64,000 nucleotides of DNA from Nitrospinales bacterium (GTDB taxonomy: Bacteria; Nitrospinota; Nitrospinia; Nitrospinales; VA-1). Under the pieces are notes generated by a model. It had not been told where the DNA came from and did not search any database. It was given only the letters and a program-made list of their open reading frames with translations. Made by a program: the position numbers and the translations under genes. Below are positions 10,597 through 20,263 of this stretch, piece by piece (the stretch's first letter is position 1; each line of letters starts with the position of its first letter). The stretch lies in assembly GCA_965223795.1 (NCBI GenBank), contig CBDCXL010000002.1:160001-224000 (forward strand). Reading direction: 5' to 3'.

Positions 10597-12513
10597 TCAA
10601 TTGAACTTGGTTCTTGAAACATCCGGCCCCGCTCCGTACAGGAAGGACCGGCACCAGTATTCGAAACTGAGAAATGACCAGATGAGCAGCCGGCGGTTCT
10701 CTTTTCCCTGCAGATGCTCCTGGATCAGCGCATGACAGGTTTTGCGGTCGAGGAACGCATACATGGCGGCGTTTTTGCTCAGCAGCAGCTTTTTCACGTA
10801 GTCCATGCTCTCGCCTTTGAACCAGGACGCATCCGGACCGGAGAATCCCTGCTTCACATCCTGCGTGACCGAAGCGGGAATGTGCCGCTTCATCACGTCC
10901 CGCAGAAGCAGCTTGCCGTCGCGGGTTTTGGTGAAGTATTTTTCCGTCTTCGGGCCGGGTTCGTTTTCGTTGAGGCGGACGACCTCATTCAAATTTCCCA
11001 GGCGCAGGTGCGCGGGCACCTTCATGGCGAAATCCACCAGGTCGTTGTCGAGAAACGGCACACGCGTTTCCAGTCCGTGCGCCATGCTGATCTTGTCTTC
11101 GACCATCAGCAGACCGTGCAGGAAGGTCTTGGCTTCAAAATACAGGGAGTGCATGACGTAATCCTCCGGCCTGCGGATCGCATGGCCGCGGTCCTTGAAC
11201 ACATCGCGGAAGATGTCGCGCGTCCAGACGTGGCGGATCTCTTTCCACACCGGCTGGAACACCTGCTTGATGAGACTGTTGGGGATGAGCCGCTGCCAGT
11301 AGAGATAGTACTTGTCGATATAGTTTTCAAAATCCTCGTTGACCACGGCGCGGTAGTACCGCCAGGGATAGCCTCCGAACAGCTCGTCGCCGCCCATGCC
11401 GGAAAGCACCACTTTGAGGAATTTGCTGGCAAGCTGCGACACGTAGTAATTGGGATAGCTCTGCCCCACCCGCGGCTCCTCGAGGTTCCAGACCAGGTGC
11501 GGCATCACCCGCTCCATGTCGCCGGCCTTCAGCACGACCTCGTAGTGCTGGGTCTTGAACAGGTAGGACATCTTTTCCGATTTCTCGCGCTCGTCGAATC
11601 CCAGTTCCAGCCCCATGGCGCTGTTCAGGTCGAACCCGCAGGTGAAGGTTTTCATGTACGGCAGGTGCCGGCTCGCCGTGGCGGTGATGGCGCCCGAATC
11701 CATGCCGCCGCTCAGGTAGGAACCCACCTCCACATCACTGACCAGCTGCCGCTTGACGGCCTGCTGAAACAGGCGGTCGAGCTCTTCCACATATTCTTCG
11801 TCTTTTAAAGGACGCTCGGGCTCTTCGAAGCAGTAATCCCAGTAGCGGTGAAAGTGAAGCTGGCTTTCCCGGTGCGACGGCCGGATCACCGCGTGACAGC
11901 CCGCCGGAAACAGCTTGATGCCGCTGTGCAGGGTTTTGTCGGTGAAGATGTTCTGAAACGTGAAATACTCCAGCACCGCTTCCAGGTCGATTTCAAAATG
12001 CGTTTCCGGATGCGCCAGCAGGGCCTTGGTTTCGGAGCCGAACAGAAAGGTCCTGCCCTGGAACGAGTAGTAAAGCGGTTTGATGCCGTAACGGTCGCGC
12101 GCCAGGAACAGCTCCTGCTTTTCCTTGTCCCAGATGGCGAAGGCGAACATGCCGTTGAACTTGTGCAGGCAGTCGGGGCCCCACTGCATGAAGGCGTTGA
12201 GCAGCACTTCGGTGTCGGTGCCGGTGTGGAAGGCGTGCCCGCGCTGCTCCAGCTCGTCCCGCAGCTCACGGTAATTGTAGATCTCGCCGTTGTAGGTGAT
12301 CACCCAGCGGCCGCCGCCGGAAGCCATCGGCTGCCGTCCCACGGGGGACGGGTCGATGACGGACAGCCTGCGGTGCCCCAAACCCATGTTGCGGTCGAGG
12401 TACTGGCCTTCGTCGTCAGGACCGCGGTGCGCGATCGCGTCGGTCATCAGCTTGAGCGCGCCCGGCAGAACGGCCTGCTTATTCAGATTGTAGATTCCAG
12501 CAATTCCGCACAT
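10597..12513 (-). CDS. asnB: Asparagine synthase (glutamine-hydrolysing), glycan amidotransferase type
   Basis: MCGIAG start, HRGPDD, GHRRLS, NGEIYN, ARDRYGIKPLYY, LSGGMDS, SGMGGDELFGGY. Confidence 0.92.
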   Translation of the reverse strand: MCGIAGIYNLNKQAVLPGALKLMTDAIAHRGPDDEGQYLDRNMGLGHRRLSVIDPSPVGRQPMASGGGRWVITYNGEIYNYRELRDELEQRGHAFHTGTDTEVLLNAFMQWGPDCLHKFNGMFAFAIWDKEKQELFLARDRYGIKPLYYSFQGRTFLFGSETKALLAHPETHFEIDLEAVLEYFTFQNIFTDKTLHSGIKLFPAGCHAVIRPSHRESQLHFHRYWDYCFEEPERPLKDEEYVEELDRLFQQAVKRQLVSDVEVGSYLSGGMDSGAITATASRHLPYMKTFTCGFDLNSAMGLELGFDEREKSEKMSYLFKTQHYEVVLKAGDMERVMPHLVWNLEEPRVGQSYPNYYVSQLASKFLKVVLSGMGGDELFGGYPWRYYRAVVNEDFENYIDKYYLYWQRLIPNSLIKQVFQPVWKEIRHVWTRDIFRDVFKDRGHAIRRPEDYVMHSLYFEAKTFLHGLLMVEDKISMAHGLETRVPFLDNDLVDFAMKVPAHLRLGNLNEVVRLNENEPGPKTEKYFTKTRDGKLLLRDVMKRHIPASVTQDVKQGFSGPDASWFKGESMDYVKKLLLSKNAAMYAFLDRKTCHALIQEHLQGKENRRLLIWSFLSFEYWCRSFLYGAGPDVSRTKFN

Positions 12514-12516
12514 GCT

Positions 12517-13653
12517 TCATTCCTTGAGACTGGTTTCGATCGCTTCCACGACGCGATTCTGATCGCTTTCCGAAAGCCCCGGATACAGCGGCAGCGTCAG
12601 GGTCTCGTCCTGACAGCGCGCCGATTCCGGGCAGCTTTGAGCGTGCAGAGCGTACTTGTTCCGGTAATAGTCCAGCGTGTGGACCGCGTGCGTGCCCTGC
12701 GTCGCGGCGACGCCGTTTTGGGCCAGTTTCTTCACCAGCGCGTCGCGGGTGCAGGCAGCATCGGGATGCACGCGCACCACATAAGACTGGTACGTGTGAA
12801 AATACGCTTCCGGGACCCGCGGCACTGCAATTCCCGCAACGGATGGCAACCGCTCGTCGTAGCGTTTGGCCTGCGTCCGCCGGGCTTTGAGGATGGACTC
12901 CAGTTTTCGCATCTGTTCGATTCCTAAAGCCGCGTGCAGATCCGACATGCGGTAGTTGAATCCCAGTTCGGTGAACCGGGGCAGCAGCAGGTTGCCATTC
13001 TGGTGCCGTTCCGCATCGGAGACGGTGGCGCCGTGATTGCGCAGGGTCCTGAGGATCGGTCCGTATCCCGCATCGCGCGCGACCACCATGCCGCCCTCGC
13101 CGGTGGTGATGATCTTTCTCGGGTGAAAGCTGAAGCAGCCCAGATCCCCGAACGTCCCCGCGTGCTTTTCTCCGATGCGTGCGCCGAACGCACAGGCGGC
13201 ATCTTCGATCACCTTGAGTCCGTGGCGGGACGCGAAGCTGTTGACGGCCTGCATGTCCGCGCACAACCCGAAAAGATGAACCGGCATCACCGCGCGCGTG
13301 CGCGGCGTCACGAGCGCATCCAGCTTTGCGGTGTCGAGGTTGTACGTGTGCGGATCGACGTCCGCGAACACGGGACGCGCGCCCACGTACTCCACCGCAT
13401 TGGCGGTGGCCACATAAGTGAAGGACGGGACGATCACTTCATCACCGGGTTTCACGCCCGCGGCGAGGAGCGCCAGGTGCAGCCCCGTGGTGCAGGAGGA
13501 CACCGCCAGCGCCAGCGGAACGCCGATGGTTTCGGCCGCGGCTTTCTCGAAGGCGGCCACTTTCGGTCCCTGCACCAGCCATCCCGAATCCAGGACGCCG
13601 CTCAACGCGTTTTTTTCTTCTTCTCCCAGCCAGGGTCGTGTCAGTGGAATCAT
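12517..13653 (-). CDS. DegT/DnrJ/EryC1/StrS PLP sugar aminotransferase
   Basis: SSCTTGLHLAL, PVHLFG, EDAACA, SFHPRKIITTGEGG, GFNYRM. Confidence 0.92.
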   Translation of the reverse strand: MIPLTRPWLGEEEKNALSGVLDSGWLVQGPKVAAFEKAAAETIGVPLALAVSSCTTGLHLALLAAGVKPGDEVIVPSFTYVATANAVEYVGARPVFADVDPHTYNLDTAKLDALVTPRTRAVMPVHLFGLCADMQAVNSFASRHGLKVIEDAACAFGARIGEKHAGTFGDLGCFSFHPRKIITTGEGGMVVARDAGYGPILRTLRNHGATVSDAERHQNGNLLLPRFTELGFNYRMSDLHAALGIEQMRKLESILKARRTQAKRYDERLPSVAGIAVPRVPEAYFHTYQSYVVRVHPDAACTRDALVKKLAQNGVAATQGTHAVHTLDYYRNKYALHAQSCPESARCQDETLTLPLYPGLSESDQNRVVEAIETSLKE

Positions 13654-13665
13654 GGGGCCGTCATC

Positions 13666-14583
13666 TCACTCCAATGAAGATACGGTGGATTCCCGCTCGT
13701 AAAGCCGCCCCACCCTGCCCGACTCCAGATAGGAAACTTTCCAGTGATCGCAGCCGCCGCAGGTGGGGTCTTCGCCGCAACGGCCCTCCTGGTGCCGCGC
13801 CCGCACTTCCCGGTAAGGCGCTCCCTGCCAGACCTCGGCTATGCTCTGCTTGTTGATGTCTCCCAAAAATTCCTTGCGGTTCCAGTCGTGGTTGCACAGC
13901 GCCACCTGCCCGTCCCAGTACACCACCATCTCGGTCATGGGCTTTTTGCACGGCAGCCGTTGCGGAAATTCGCTGGCCTCTCCCTCCAGCTTTCCGTAAA
14001 CGCCGTCCTGCGAATGCTCGGTGTACACGCGCACCCGGTCCACCTTGTCCTTCCAGTATTCGACGAAGGCGTCCATATGGACTTTCGCGGCCTGGGTTTC
14101 CACGGCGGAGATCTGAACGCGCGGCAGTTCGCGGTTCATCTTTTGCTTGAGCTGTAAAAACCGCTCGACGTTCGTCCGCACCCGGTCGAGATCGAACCCG
14201 CGCACTTCCTGATAGGTGGCGGGGTCGTTGGAGTCGAGGCTGAACGAGAGAAAGTCGATCTCCAGCTCCAAAAGCTGGATCGCGATCTTTTCCGTGAGGA
14301 TGGTGGCGTTGGACGTCAACTGAATGGGAGCGATGCCCTTGTCCTTCGCGTAACGCAGCAATTCAAAAAATTTCTTGTGGATGAGCGACTCGCCGCGAAA
14401 AAACGGCACCATCGCCACGCCCGGATGCTGCGCCAGCTCGTCGGCGATCTTTTTAAACAGTTCGGAGGACATATATCCTCCCTCGCCGACTTCGTGTCTC
14501 GGACACATGACGCACGACAGATTGCAGATTGGCGTCAATTCAACTGTTACCCTTTCAGGAAATTTCAATGCAGAAAGCGTCAT
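13666..14583 (-). CDS. Radical SAM protein with SPASM/Twitch domain
   Basis: CNLSCVMC (CxxxCxxC); C-terminal PC..P...DGQVALC..D...GD...S..EVW...CGGC. Confidence 0.85.
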   Translation of the reverse strand: MTLSALKFPERVTVELTPICNLSCVMCPRHEVGEGGYMSSELFKKIADELAQHPGVAMVPFFRGESLIHKKFFELLRYAKDKGIAPIQLTSNATILTEKIAIQLLELEIDFLSFSLDSNDPATYQEVRGFDLDRVRTNVERFLQLKQKMNRELPRVQISAVETQAAKVHMDAFVEYWKDKVDRVRVYTEHSQDGVYGKLEGEASEFPQRLPCKKPMTEMVVYWDGQVALCNHDWNRKEFLGDINKQSIAEVWQGAPYREVRARHQEGRCGEDPTCGGCDHWKVSYLESGRVGRLYERESTVSSLE

Positions 14584-14888
14584 GAAACGGTCCCAAAAAC
14601 GTTTGATAAAATGGCTTATAAGTATTTGATCTTTAATATATTATAAAGGATCTGCCCGGTTTTCTCCATCCTTTAGTTCCGGGTGGCGAACTTTATATGA
14701 ATAAAGGTTTTTCCCGGATTTCAGGGCTTATTTTCACTGTAAATCTATCTAATCCCGCGCATCCCTTTTCCGATATTCAGGGCATGAAAACGCGCCCCGC
14801 TCTCCCCGGGACGGTCCTTTCGCAGCGGATCTGGATTACAATGGATCTTTGGGATTGCGCGACCGTCCAAAACACGAGGAACGCCGGA

Positions 14889-16271
14889 ATGTGGCAGATC
14901 GACGACAAAGCCCTGAAACCGCTGAACGTAGGGGTCCGCCTGGCGCGGGTACGGGGGCAGGTTTTCTATCTTGTAGGAGGAATCCTGCGCGACCGGCTGA
15001 TGGGCCGGCCGTGCTCAGACTTCGATTTCGCACTGCGCGACGCCGCGGCGATGTCACGGCAGTTTGCCAAAGCCGCCGGCGGCACGCGCGTGCCGCTGGA
15101 CACCACGCCGGGCCGTGAGACCTTCCGCGTCGTGCTCGACAAGACTCTGACCTTCGACTTCAGCGAGCTTTGCGGCAGCACCATCGAGGAGGATCTGGCC
15201 GCGCGGGACTTCACCATCAACGCGATGGCGATGCCCCTGAACGATTTTTTGCAGGGTAAGGACACTGTGCTCGATCCGCACGGCGGGAAGGAGGACATCC
15301 GCAGCGGGAGAGTGCGCATGGTGGCCGATTCCGCGTTCAAGTCCGACCCTTTGCGCCTGCTGCGCGCCTTCCGGTTCGCCATGCAGCTGGATTTCAAGAT
15401 CGAGGCGGACACGATCGACCGCATCGCCCGGGACCGGGAAGCGATTGGAACCGTCGCACCGGAACGGATCTGGCAGGAATGGAAGCTGTTCTTATATGAA
15501 GGGCGGGTGTTCTGCCTGCTGCGGCTGATGGACAAGACCGGACTGCTCGCGGAGCTGCTGCCGGAGCTGGAACCGCTGCGCGGCTTTCACGCCGATGCGC
15601 TGGACGCCCGGGAGACCGGGCTGCGGGCGATCAAGGAACTGCAGAACGTGCTGTTTCCGGAGGGCAAAAAAATCTCGGAGTTCCCCTCTCCGGTTCTGGA
15701 TAGGGAGCACAAGGCGCTTCTGCTCCTGGGTGCGCTGCTGAGCGGATTGCAACCCGCTCGCTCCATTTTTAAAACGCCGGCTGTGCCCCCAAACGCGGTC
15801 CCGGATCTGCTCAAGCGGCTGCGGGCGAGCAACGCGGAGAGCGCCTGGATCGACCGCTCGCTGGGCTGCTGCCGCGAATTCTGCGACGCGCTCACGGATT
15901 TCGCCGCCCCCCGTCCCGACCGCACCCGCCTGTACCGCTTCGTCAAGCGCTGGGAAAACGAACTGGAAGGCGGACTTGCGATCGCGTGGGCGATCGTGTC
16001 GACTCTGCCGCAAACCGGCTCGATTTCAAAGGAGGCTTGCCTTCAAGCCGCGCGCACGGTAAAAGACTTTTTCCATGAAGATTATCTGCCCGCAATTCGC
16101 AAGGAACCGCTGCTCAAGGGAAAGGATTTGATCGAGCGGTTCGAGCTGACGCCCTCGCCGTTGTTTTCGGACATTCTCGAGCGCGTTGAAGAGGAACGGG
16201 TGCTGGGGACCATCCGCACCGTCGAGGAAGCGGAACGCACCGCCCGCAAATGGATCGAAAACCAAGGCTGA
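14889..16271 (+). CDS. CCA-adding enzyme / poly(A) polymerase family nucleotidyltransferase
   Basis: YLVGGILRD, DFDF, DLAARDFTINAMA, DPLRLLRAFRF, ERIWQEW. Start uncertain (ORF open from 14697). Confidence 0.85.
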   Translation: MWQIDDKALKPLNVGVRLARVRGQVFYLVGGILRDRLMGRPCSDFDFALRDAAAMSRQFAKAAGGTRVPLDTTPGRETFRVVLDKTLTFDFSELCGSTIEEDLAARDFTINAMAMPLNDFLQGKDTVLDPHGGKEDIRSGRVRMVADSAFKSDPLRLLRAFRFAMQLDFKIEADTIDRIARDREAIGTVAPERIWQEWKLFLYEGRVFCLLRLMDKTGLLAELLPELEPLRGFHADALDARETGLRAIKELQNVLFPEGKKISEFPSPVLDREHKALLLLGALLSGLQPARSIFKTPAVPPNAVPDLLKRLRASNAESAWIDRSLGCCREFCDALTDFAAPRPDRTRLYRFVKRWENELEGGLAIAWAIVSTLPQTGSISKEACLQAARTVKDFFHEDYLPAIRKEPLLKGKDLIERFELTPSPLFSDILERVEEERVLGTIRTVEEAERTARKWIENQG

Positions 16272-16278
16272 GGCTCTC

Positions 16279-16932
16279 ATGACCATCAATTACACCAACG
16301 CCGAATGGGACGGGAAAAAAGTTCTCATCGGCGAGACCGAACTGGACACCGCGCACCCCGTGAACCTCCTGCTCGGATTCCACGGCGCCGACTCGACACC
16401 GGAAAACATGCTCATCCACGGCAACAAGCTCAAGCTGACGAACACGGTCTACGTGTTTCCGGAGGGTCCGGTGGATGCGGGCAAAGGGCTTTGGAGCTGG
16501 TGGGAAGACGGGCCCAAACAAAAGGAAGCGGTGACGCGCTTCGCGGATTACGCGACCCGGATGATCGACGCCGCGCACGCGAATCTTAAGGACAGACTCA
16601 ACGGGAACCCCGTCCGCATCGGTCTCTGGGGATTTTCCCAGGGCGGCGCGGCGGCGCTCACCTACACGCTTATCGGAAGCCACGCGATCCATAAGGCGGC
16701 GTCGGTGTGCGGTTTCTTACCGGAAATGCCGGATGCGCTGCCGGAGCGGCCCGCCGCGGACATCCTCGGCATCTTCGGCACCGCCGACGACATCGTGCCC
16801 TCGTTTCTCGCCGAGCACGCGCTCGATGAAATGAGCGCCAAGGGCCACAAGGTCAAGGTTCGGGAAACCGGCCAGGGGCATGAGATCAATACAGAAAACC
16901 TGCGCGAGCTGAATCGTTTTTTCGGGACGTAG
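16279..16932 (+). CDS. Alpha/beta hydrolase (phospholipase/carboxylesterase family)
   Basis: GFSQGG nucleophile elbow, GTADDIV, GHEI. Confidence 0.85.
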   Translation: MTINYTNAEWDGKKVLIGETELDTAHPVNLLLGFHGADSTPENMLIHGNKLKLTNTVYVFPEGPVDAGKGLWSWWEDGPKQKEAVTRFADYATRMIDAAHANLKDRLNGNPVRIGLWGFSQGGAAALTYTLIGSHAIHKAASVCGFLPEMPDALPERPAADILGIFGTADDIVPSFLAEHALDEMSAKGHKVKVRETGQGHEINTENLRELNRFFGT

Positions 16933-17626
16933 GCTCCGGGGGCGTTTCGCAACAGGATTTCAATTTCGGGTGAGCGTGGATGTGCCTGTCGAGCGCGTTC
17001 CACAACTCCAGCCCGTGGCGGCTCGTGAGCAGCTCTTCGCGGTGCTCGCGGATCAGGTTTTGAAAGTCCTTGCGGTGGTTTCCGTGGATGGCGAAGCTGT
17101 CCGCCAGGGCTTCCAGATGCTCTCCCTTACCGGCGGCGACCTGGGCGCGCAGGGTGTCGAAGTTGAACGCCGCAAACCTGCGCGAAGCCAGCCGCTTGCG
17201 GATCGTGGTTTCATCGGCTTTCTTTTCCGGCAGCATTTCGATCTGATAATCGTTCGGCGTGAATTTGATGAGATTGCCGGACAGCGCGTTCACCCCCATC
17301 GGCGTCAGCGTGGTCGCGGTGCCGGTGATGTCCAGCCACATTCCGGCGTTGTTGTTGAATTCGTGCGCGAGGTTGAACTCCTGCGTTTCGTAGCCTTGCT
17401 TGACGAACTTGAGATGGTATTCCCCCAGCTTGCGATTGAAGTCGCGCGTCAGCGGCGTTTCTCCCACGAAGCTGCCGTCCACGAACACGCGCACCGGGTT
17501 CACGTTGGCGTTGAACGTGATGGTGTCTTTCCCCTCTGAAAAAATCGTGGCGCATCCAGACAGCCCAATGCCGATGCCGATCAGGACACCCCACAATGCC
17601 GGATGGAATCCGCGCTCCATTCTCAT
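16886..17626 (-). CDS. Lipoprotein with PEGA-like domain and DUF3015-like C-terminus
   Basis: Strong SD AGGAGGAGG, lipobox LSGC, VFVDG.FVGETP PEGA motif, GKGEHLEALA motif. Confidence 0.65.
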   Translation of the reverse strand: MRMERGFHPALWGVLIGIGIGLSGCATIFSEGKDTITFNANVNPVRVFVDGSFVGETPLTRDFNRKLGEYHLKFVKQGYETQEFNLAHEFNNNAGMWLDITGTATTLTPMGVNALSGNLIKFTPNDYQIEMLPEKKADETTIRKRLASRRFAAFNFDTLRAQVAAGKGEHLEALADSFAIHGNHRKDFQNLIREHREELLTSRHGLELWNALDRHIHAHPKLKSCCETPPEPTSRKNDSARAGFLY

Positions 17627-17749
17627 TGCCTCCTCCTGAAAGTTTCACTGAGATCGAAAATCATCCCACATCATTTTAACACTTTTATGTAAATTTGTTA
17701 AAATTTAAACACACTTTTTCACCTGTTTTTGAGTGTCTGGCGGCTGGGG

Positions 17750-18055
17750 TCAGAGCTTCCTGCCCCTGCTAAGGAACCATCCGACGCCTTTGAAGAAGAC
17801 AAACCAGGCGAACCACCAGACCACGCCGCTGGCAAGCAGCGCGGCGTTGTTCGTGATGCGAAACCCGCCGAAAGGCACGCTGTAAAACCGGCCTTCGCCG
17901 ACGATGTCGGCCGCCAGCATGCTGGCGATCATGTAGCTCACGACACCCACGGGCAGCGACGCGACCGCGGCTGCCAGCGTGGACGCGGGAGACAGGAAGG
18001 TCCACACCAGACCGGCGACGAGAAAAAACAGCAGGACGCCTGCGATCGTGCTCAT
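17750..18055 (-). CDS. Small hypothetical membrane protein
   Basis: GGAGGA SD before ATG; three hydrophobic segments. Confidence 0.55.
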   Translation of the reverse strand: MSTIAGVLLFFLVAGLVWTFLSPASTLAAAVASLPVGVVSYMIASMLAADIVGEGRFYSVPFGGFRITNNAALLASGVVWWFAWFVFFKGVGWFLSRGRKL

Positions 18056-18213
18056 GTTCGTTTCCTCCAAATAAAAATTTACGCTCTCTTCTTATTAATG
18101 AACCCGGTCCCGGAATACAATCCGTTTTCCTGAACAATCCACACTGAATCCGTTGCAACCGGCAATTCCGATCTTCGGTTCCCGCCCCATCCGCGGACGG
18201 CTCTCTTTCTCCG

Positions 18214-18241
18214 TTGACACGGCACCGGCATCTGCTATGAT
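18214..18241 (+). promoter_or_regulatory. Sigma70-type promoter for riboswitch 1 / btuF operon
   Basis: TTGACA, 16-nt spacer, extended -10 TGcTATGAT immediately upstream of the riboswitch. Confidence 0.6.
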
Positions 18242-18260
18242 TGGGCCACATTTTATTGTG

Positions 18261-18407
18261 ACGCGTTTGATTGAGGGAAGACGGTGCAAATCCGTCGCGG
18301 ACCCGCCGCTGTAACCGGGGACGAACTCTGTGAATGCCACTGTTCGATGAAGAACGGGAAGGCGCAGAGGGTAGACCGATCCGGAAGCCAGAATACCTTG
18401 GGCGCGT
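18261..18407 (+). ncRNA. Cobalamin riboswitch 1
   Basis: GGGAA-gacGGTGcAAaTCCgtc, CCCGCCGCTGTAA, GCCACTG...GGGAAGGC and B12-box AGCCAGAATACCT; upstream of btuFDC-cob genes. Confidence 0.92.
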
Positions 18408-18456
18408 TTTCACTGACTCTTCGAGGCTGAGGGGGGTGATGGGCTGTATTCGTGCC

Positions 18457-18482
18457 GCCATTCCCTTTGGAATGGCTTTTTT
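18457..18482 (+). terminator. Intrinsic terminator in the riboswitch 1 expression platform
   Basis: GCCATTCC-cttt-GGAATGGC followed by TTTTTT, between the aptamer and btuF. Confidence 0.7.
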
Positions 18483-18518
18483 ATTACCCCTCTTCTCTCG
18501 GGATGCGAGGTCATCCTG

Positions 18519-19487
18519 ATGGAAGTTCCAACGACGGTTTCAATCTGCCTGCGTGCATTGCGGACGGCGTTCCGTTCCCGCCGCTTCGCGCCGATCGCAT
18601 TTCGCACCGCACTCCTCTGCCTGCTGCTGGCCGTTTCGGCCTCACCCGCCCATTCGGACGAACCCAAACGCATTCTTTCGATGTCTCCGGGAATCACCGA
18701 GACCCTGTTCGCGCTGGGCGCGGGAGACCGCGTTGTCGGCGTCACCGATTTCTGCAAGTATCCCGAGGAAGCCTGCACCCGTCCTTCGGTGGGCGGGCTT
18801 TTGAATCCCAACGTGGAGATCTGGATCCGCCTGCGTCCGGATCTCATCGTGCACCAGATCAAAAGCACCAAAATCGAGACCAACGCGCGCAACCTGGGAA
18901 TCGAAACCCTGGTCATCCCGCAGGGCACCCTGAAAGATATTTTCAAGGGCATTCAGACCATGGGCGACGCGCTGAACCTGAGTGAGAATGCGCGCCGCCT
19001 CGTCGGGAAACTGAAAGCCGACATTGATTTTCACCGTGAAAAGCTCAAGGGCGTGCGAAAAAAATCGGTGCTGTTCATCCTGGGCGACAGCGACGATCCC
19101 GGCCGCGACCTCTACGCCGTCGGTGGCGGCACGTTTCTCGGCGAGATCCTCGAACTCGCGGGCGGCGCCAACATCCTGCCCGATCCGCTGGCCAAGTACC
19201 CGCGCGTCTCGAAAGAGTTCATCATCGAAACGTCGCCCGAGGTCATCCTCGTCGCCGGGCCGAAAGCCGACCTCAGCGGGAAGGAACTGCAGCAGAATCT
19301 CGATCAGTGGCGGCAGTTTCCCACCATCCAGGCGGTGCGGGACGGCAACATCTTCTACATCGGCGCGGACTACATCCTGATCCCCGGACCGCGGCTGGTC
19401 AACATCCTGGCCCGGTTCGCGCGCGCGATCCATCCCGAACTGTTCACGGATGGGGCCGCATCGAACCCGGATGGAGGCCAGCGATGA
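18519..19487 (+). CDS. btuF: Cobalamin ABC transporter substrate-binding protein
   Basis: Signal peptide; RILSMSPGITETLFALG..VVGVTDFC.YP; PGPRL. Start uncertain. Confidence 0.85.
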   Translation: MEVPTTVSICLRALRTAFRSRRFAPIAFRTALLCLLLAVSASPAHSDEPKRILSMSPGITETLFALGAGDRVVGVTDFCKYPEEACTRPSVGGLLNPNVEIWIRLRPDLIVHQIKSTKIETNARNLGIETLVIPQGTLKDIFKGIQTMGDALNLSENARRLVGKLKADIDFHREKLKGVRKKSVLFILGDSDDPGRDLYAVGGGTFLGEILELAGGANILPDPLAKYPRVSKEFIIETSPEVILVAGPKADLSGKELQQNLDQWRQFPTIQAVRDGNIFYIGADYILIPGPRLVNILARFARAIHPELFTDGAASNPDGGQR

Positions 19488-20263
19488 GCGCGGAACTGCT
19501 GCAAATGGAGGATGCGGTGTTCGTCTACGACCAGGAACCGGTGCTCAAACAGGTGTCGCTCAGCATCCGCGAGGGCGACTTCATTGCCGTGGTCGGGCCG
19601 AACGGTTCGGGCAAATCCACGCTGCTGAAATTATTGGGCGGGATCCTCAAAACCCGCTCGGGGTCGGTGCGCTTTCGCGGCCGGGATATGAAGGAGCTCA
19701 AACGCAAAACACTGGCGCGCTCGCTGGCGTGGATTCCGCAGGAACACGCGATGGCGTTCGATTTCAAGGTGTCGGAGATCGTGATGATGGGGCGGCACCC
19801 TTACCTTTCCGCTTTCAGCTTCGAGAGCAGCGACGACCTGCGCATCGTGCACGAGGCGATGCGGCTGACCGACACGGATGCGTTTCACGACCGCGGCTTC
19901 AACGCCATCAGCGGCGGCGAGAAACAGCGCGTGATGCTGGCCAGCGCCATCGCGCAGGAGCCTGAGGTGATGCTGCTGGACGAGCCGACCTCCGCGCTGG
20001 ATATCAAGTACCAGGTGCAGATCCTCAACATCCTCGAACGGCTGAACCGCGAGCGGTCGATGACGGTGGTGCTGGCGATGCACGATCTGCAGATGGCGTC
20101 GCGCTACTGCAAGAAGCTGGTGCTGCTGCACGCGGGTGAAGTGATGCGCGAAGGCACGCCCGAAGAGGTGCTGCAGAAAGACATTCTCGAAAACGCCTAC
20201 GAGGTCAAGGTGAAACTGTTCCGCGACCCGGACGACGGCCGCTTTCTGGTGTTTCCGCAATGA
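19484..20263 (+). CDS. btuD: Cobalamin/iron-complex ABC ATP-binding protein
   Basis: GPNGSGKS, ISGGEKQR, LLDEPT, MHD; ATGA overlap with btuF. Confidence 0.85.
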   Translation: MSAELLQMEDAVFVYDQEPVLKQVSLSIREGDFIAVVGPNGSGKSTLLKLLGGILKTRSGSVRFRGRDMKELKRKTLARSLAWIPQEHAMAFDFKVSEIVMMGRHPYLSAFSFESSDDLRIVHEAMRLTDTDAFHDRGFNAISGGEKQRVMLASAIAQEPEVMLLDEPTSALDIKYQVQILNILERLNRERSMTVVLAMHDLQMASRYCKKLVLLHAGEVMREGTPEEVLQKDILENAYEVKVKLFRDPDDGRFLVFPQ

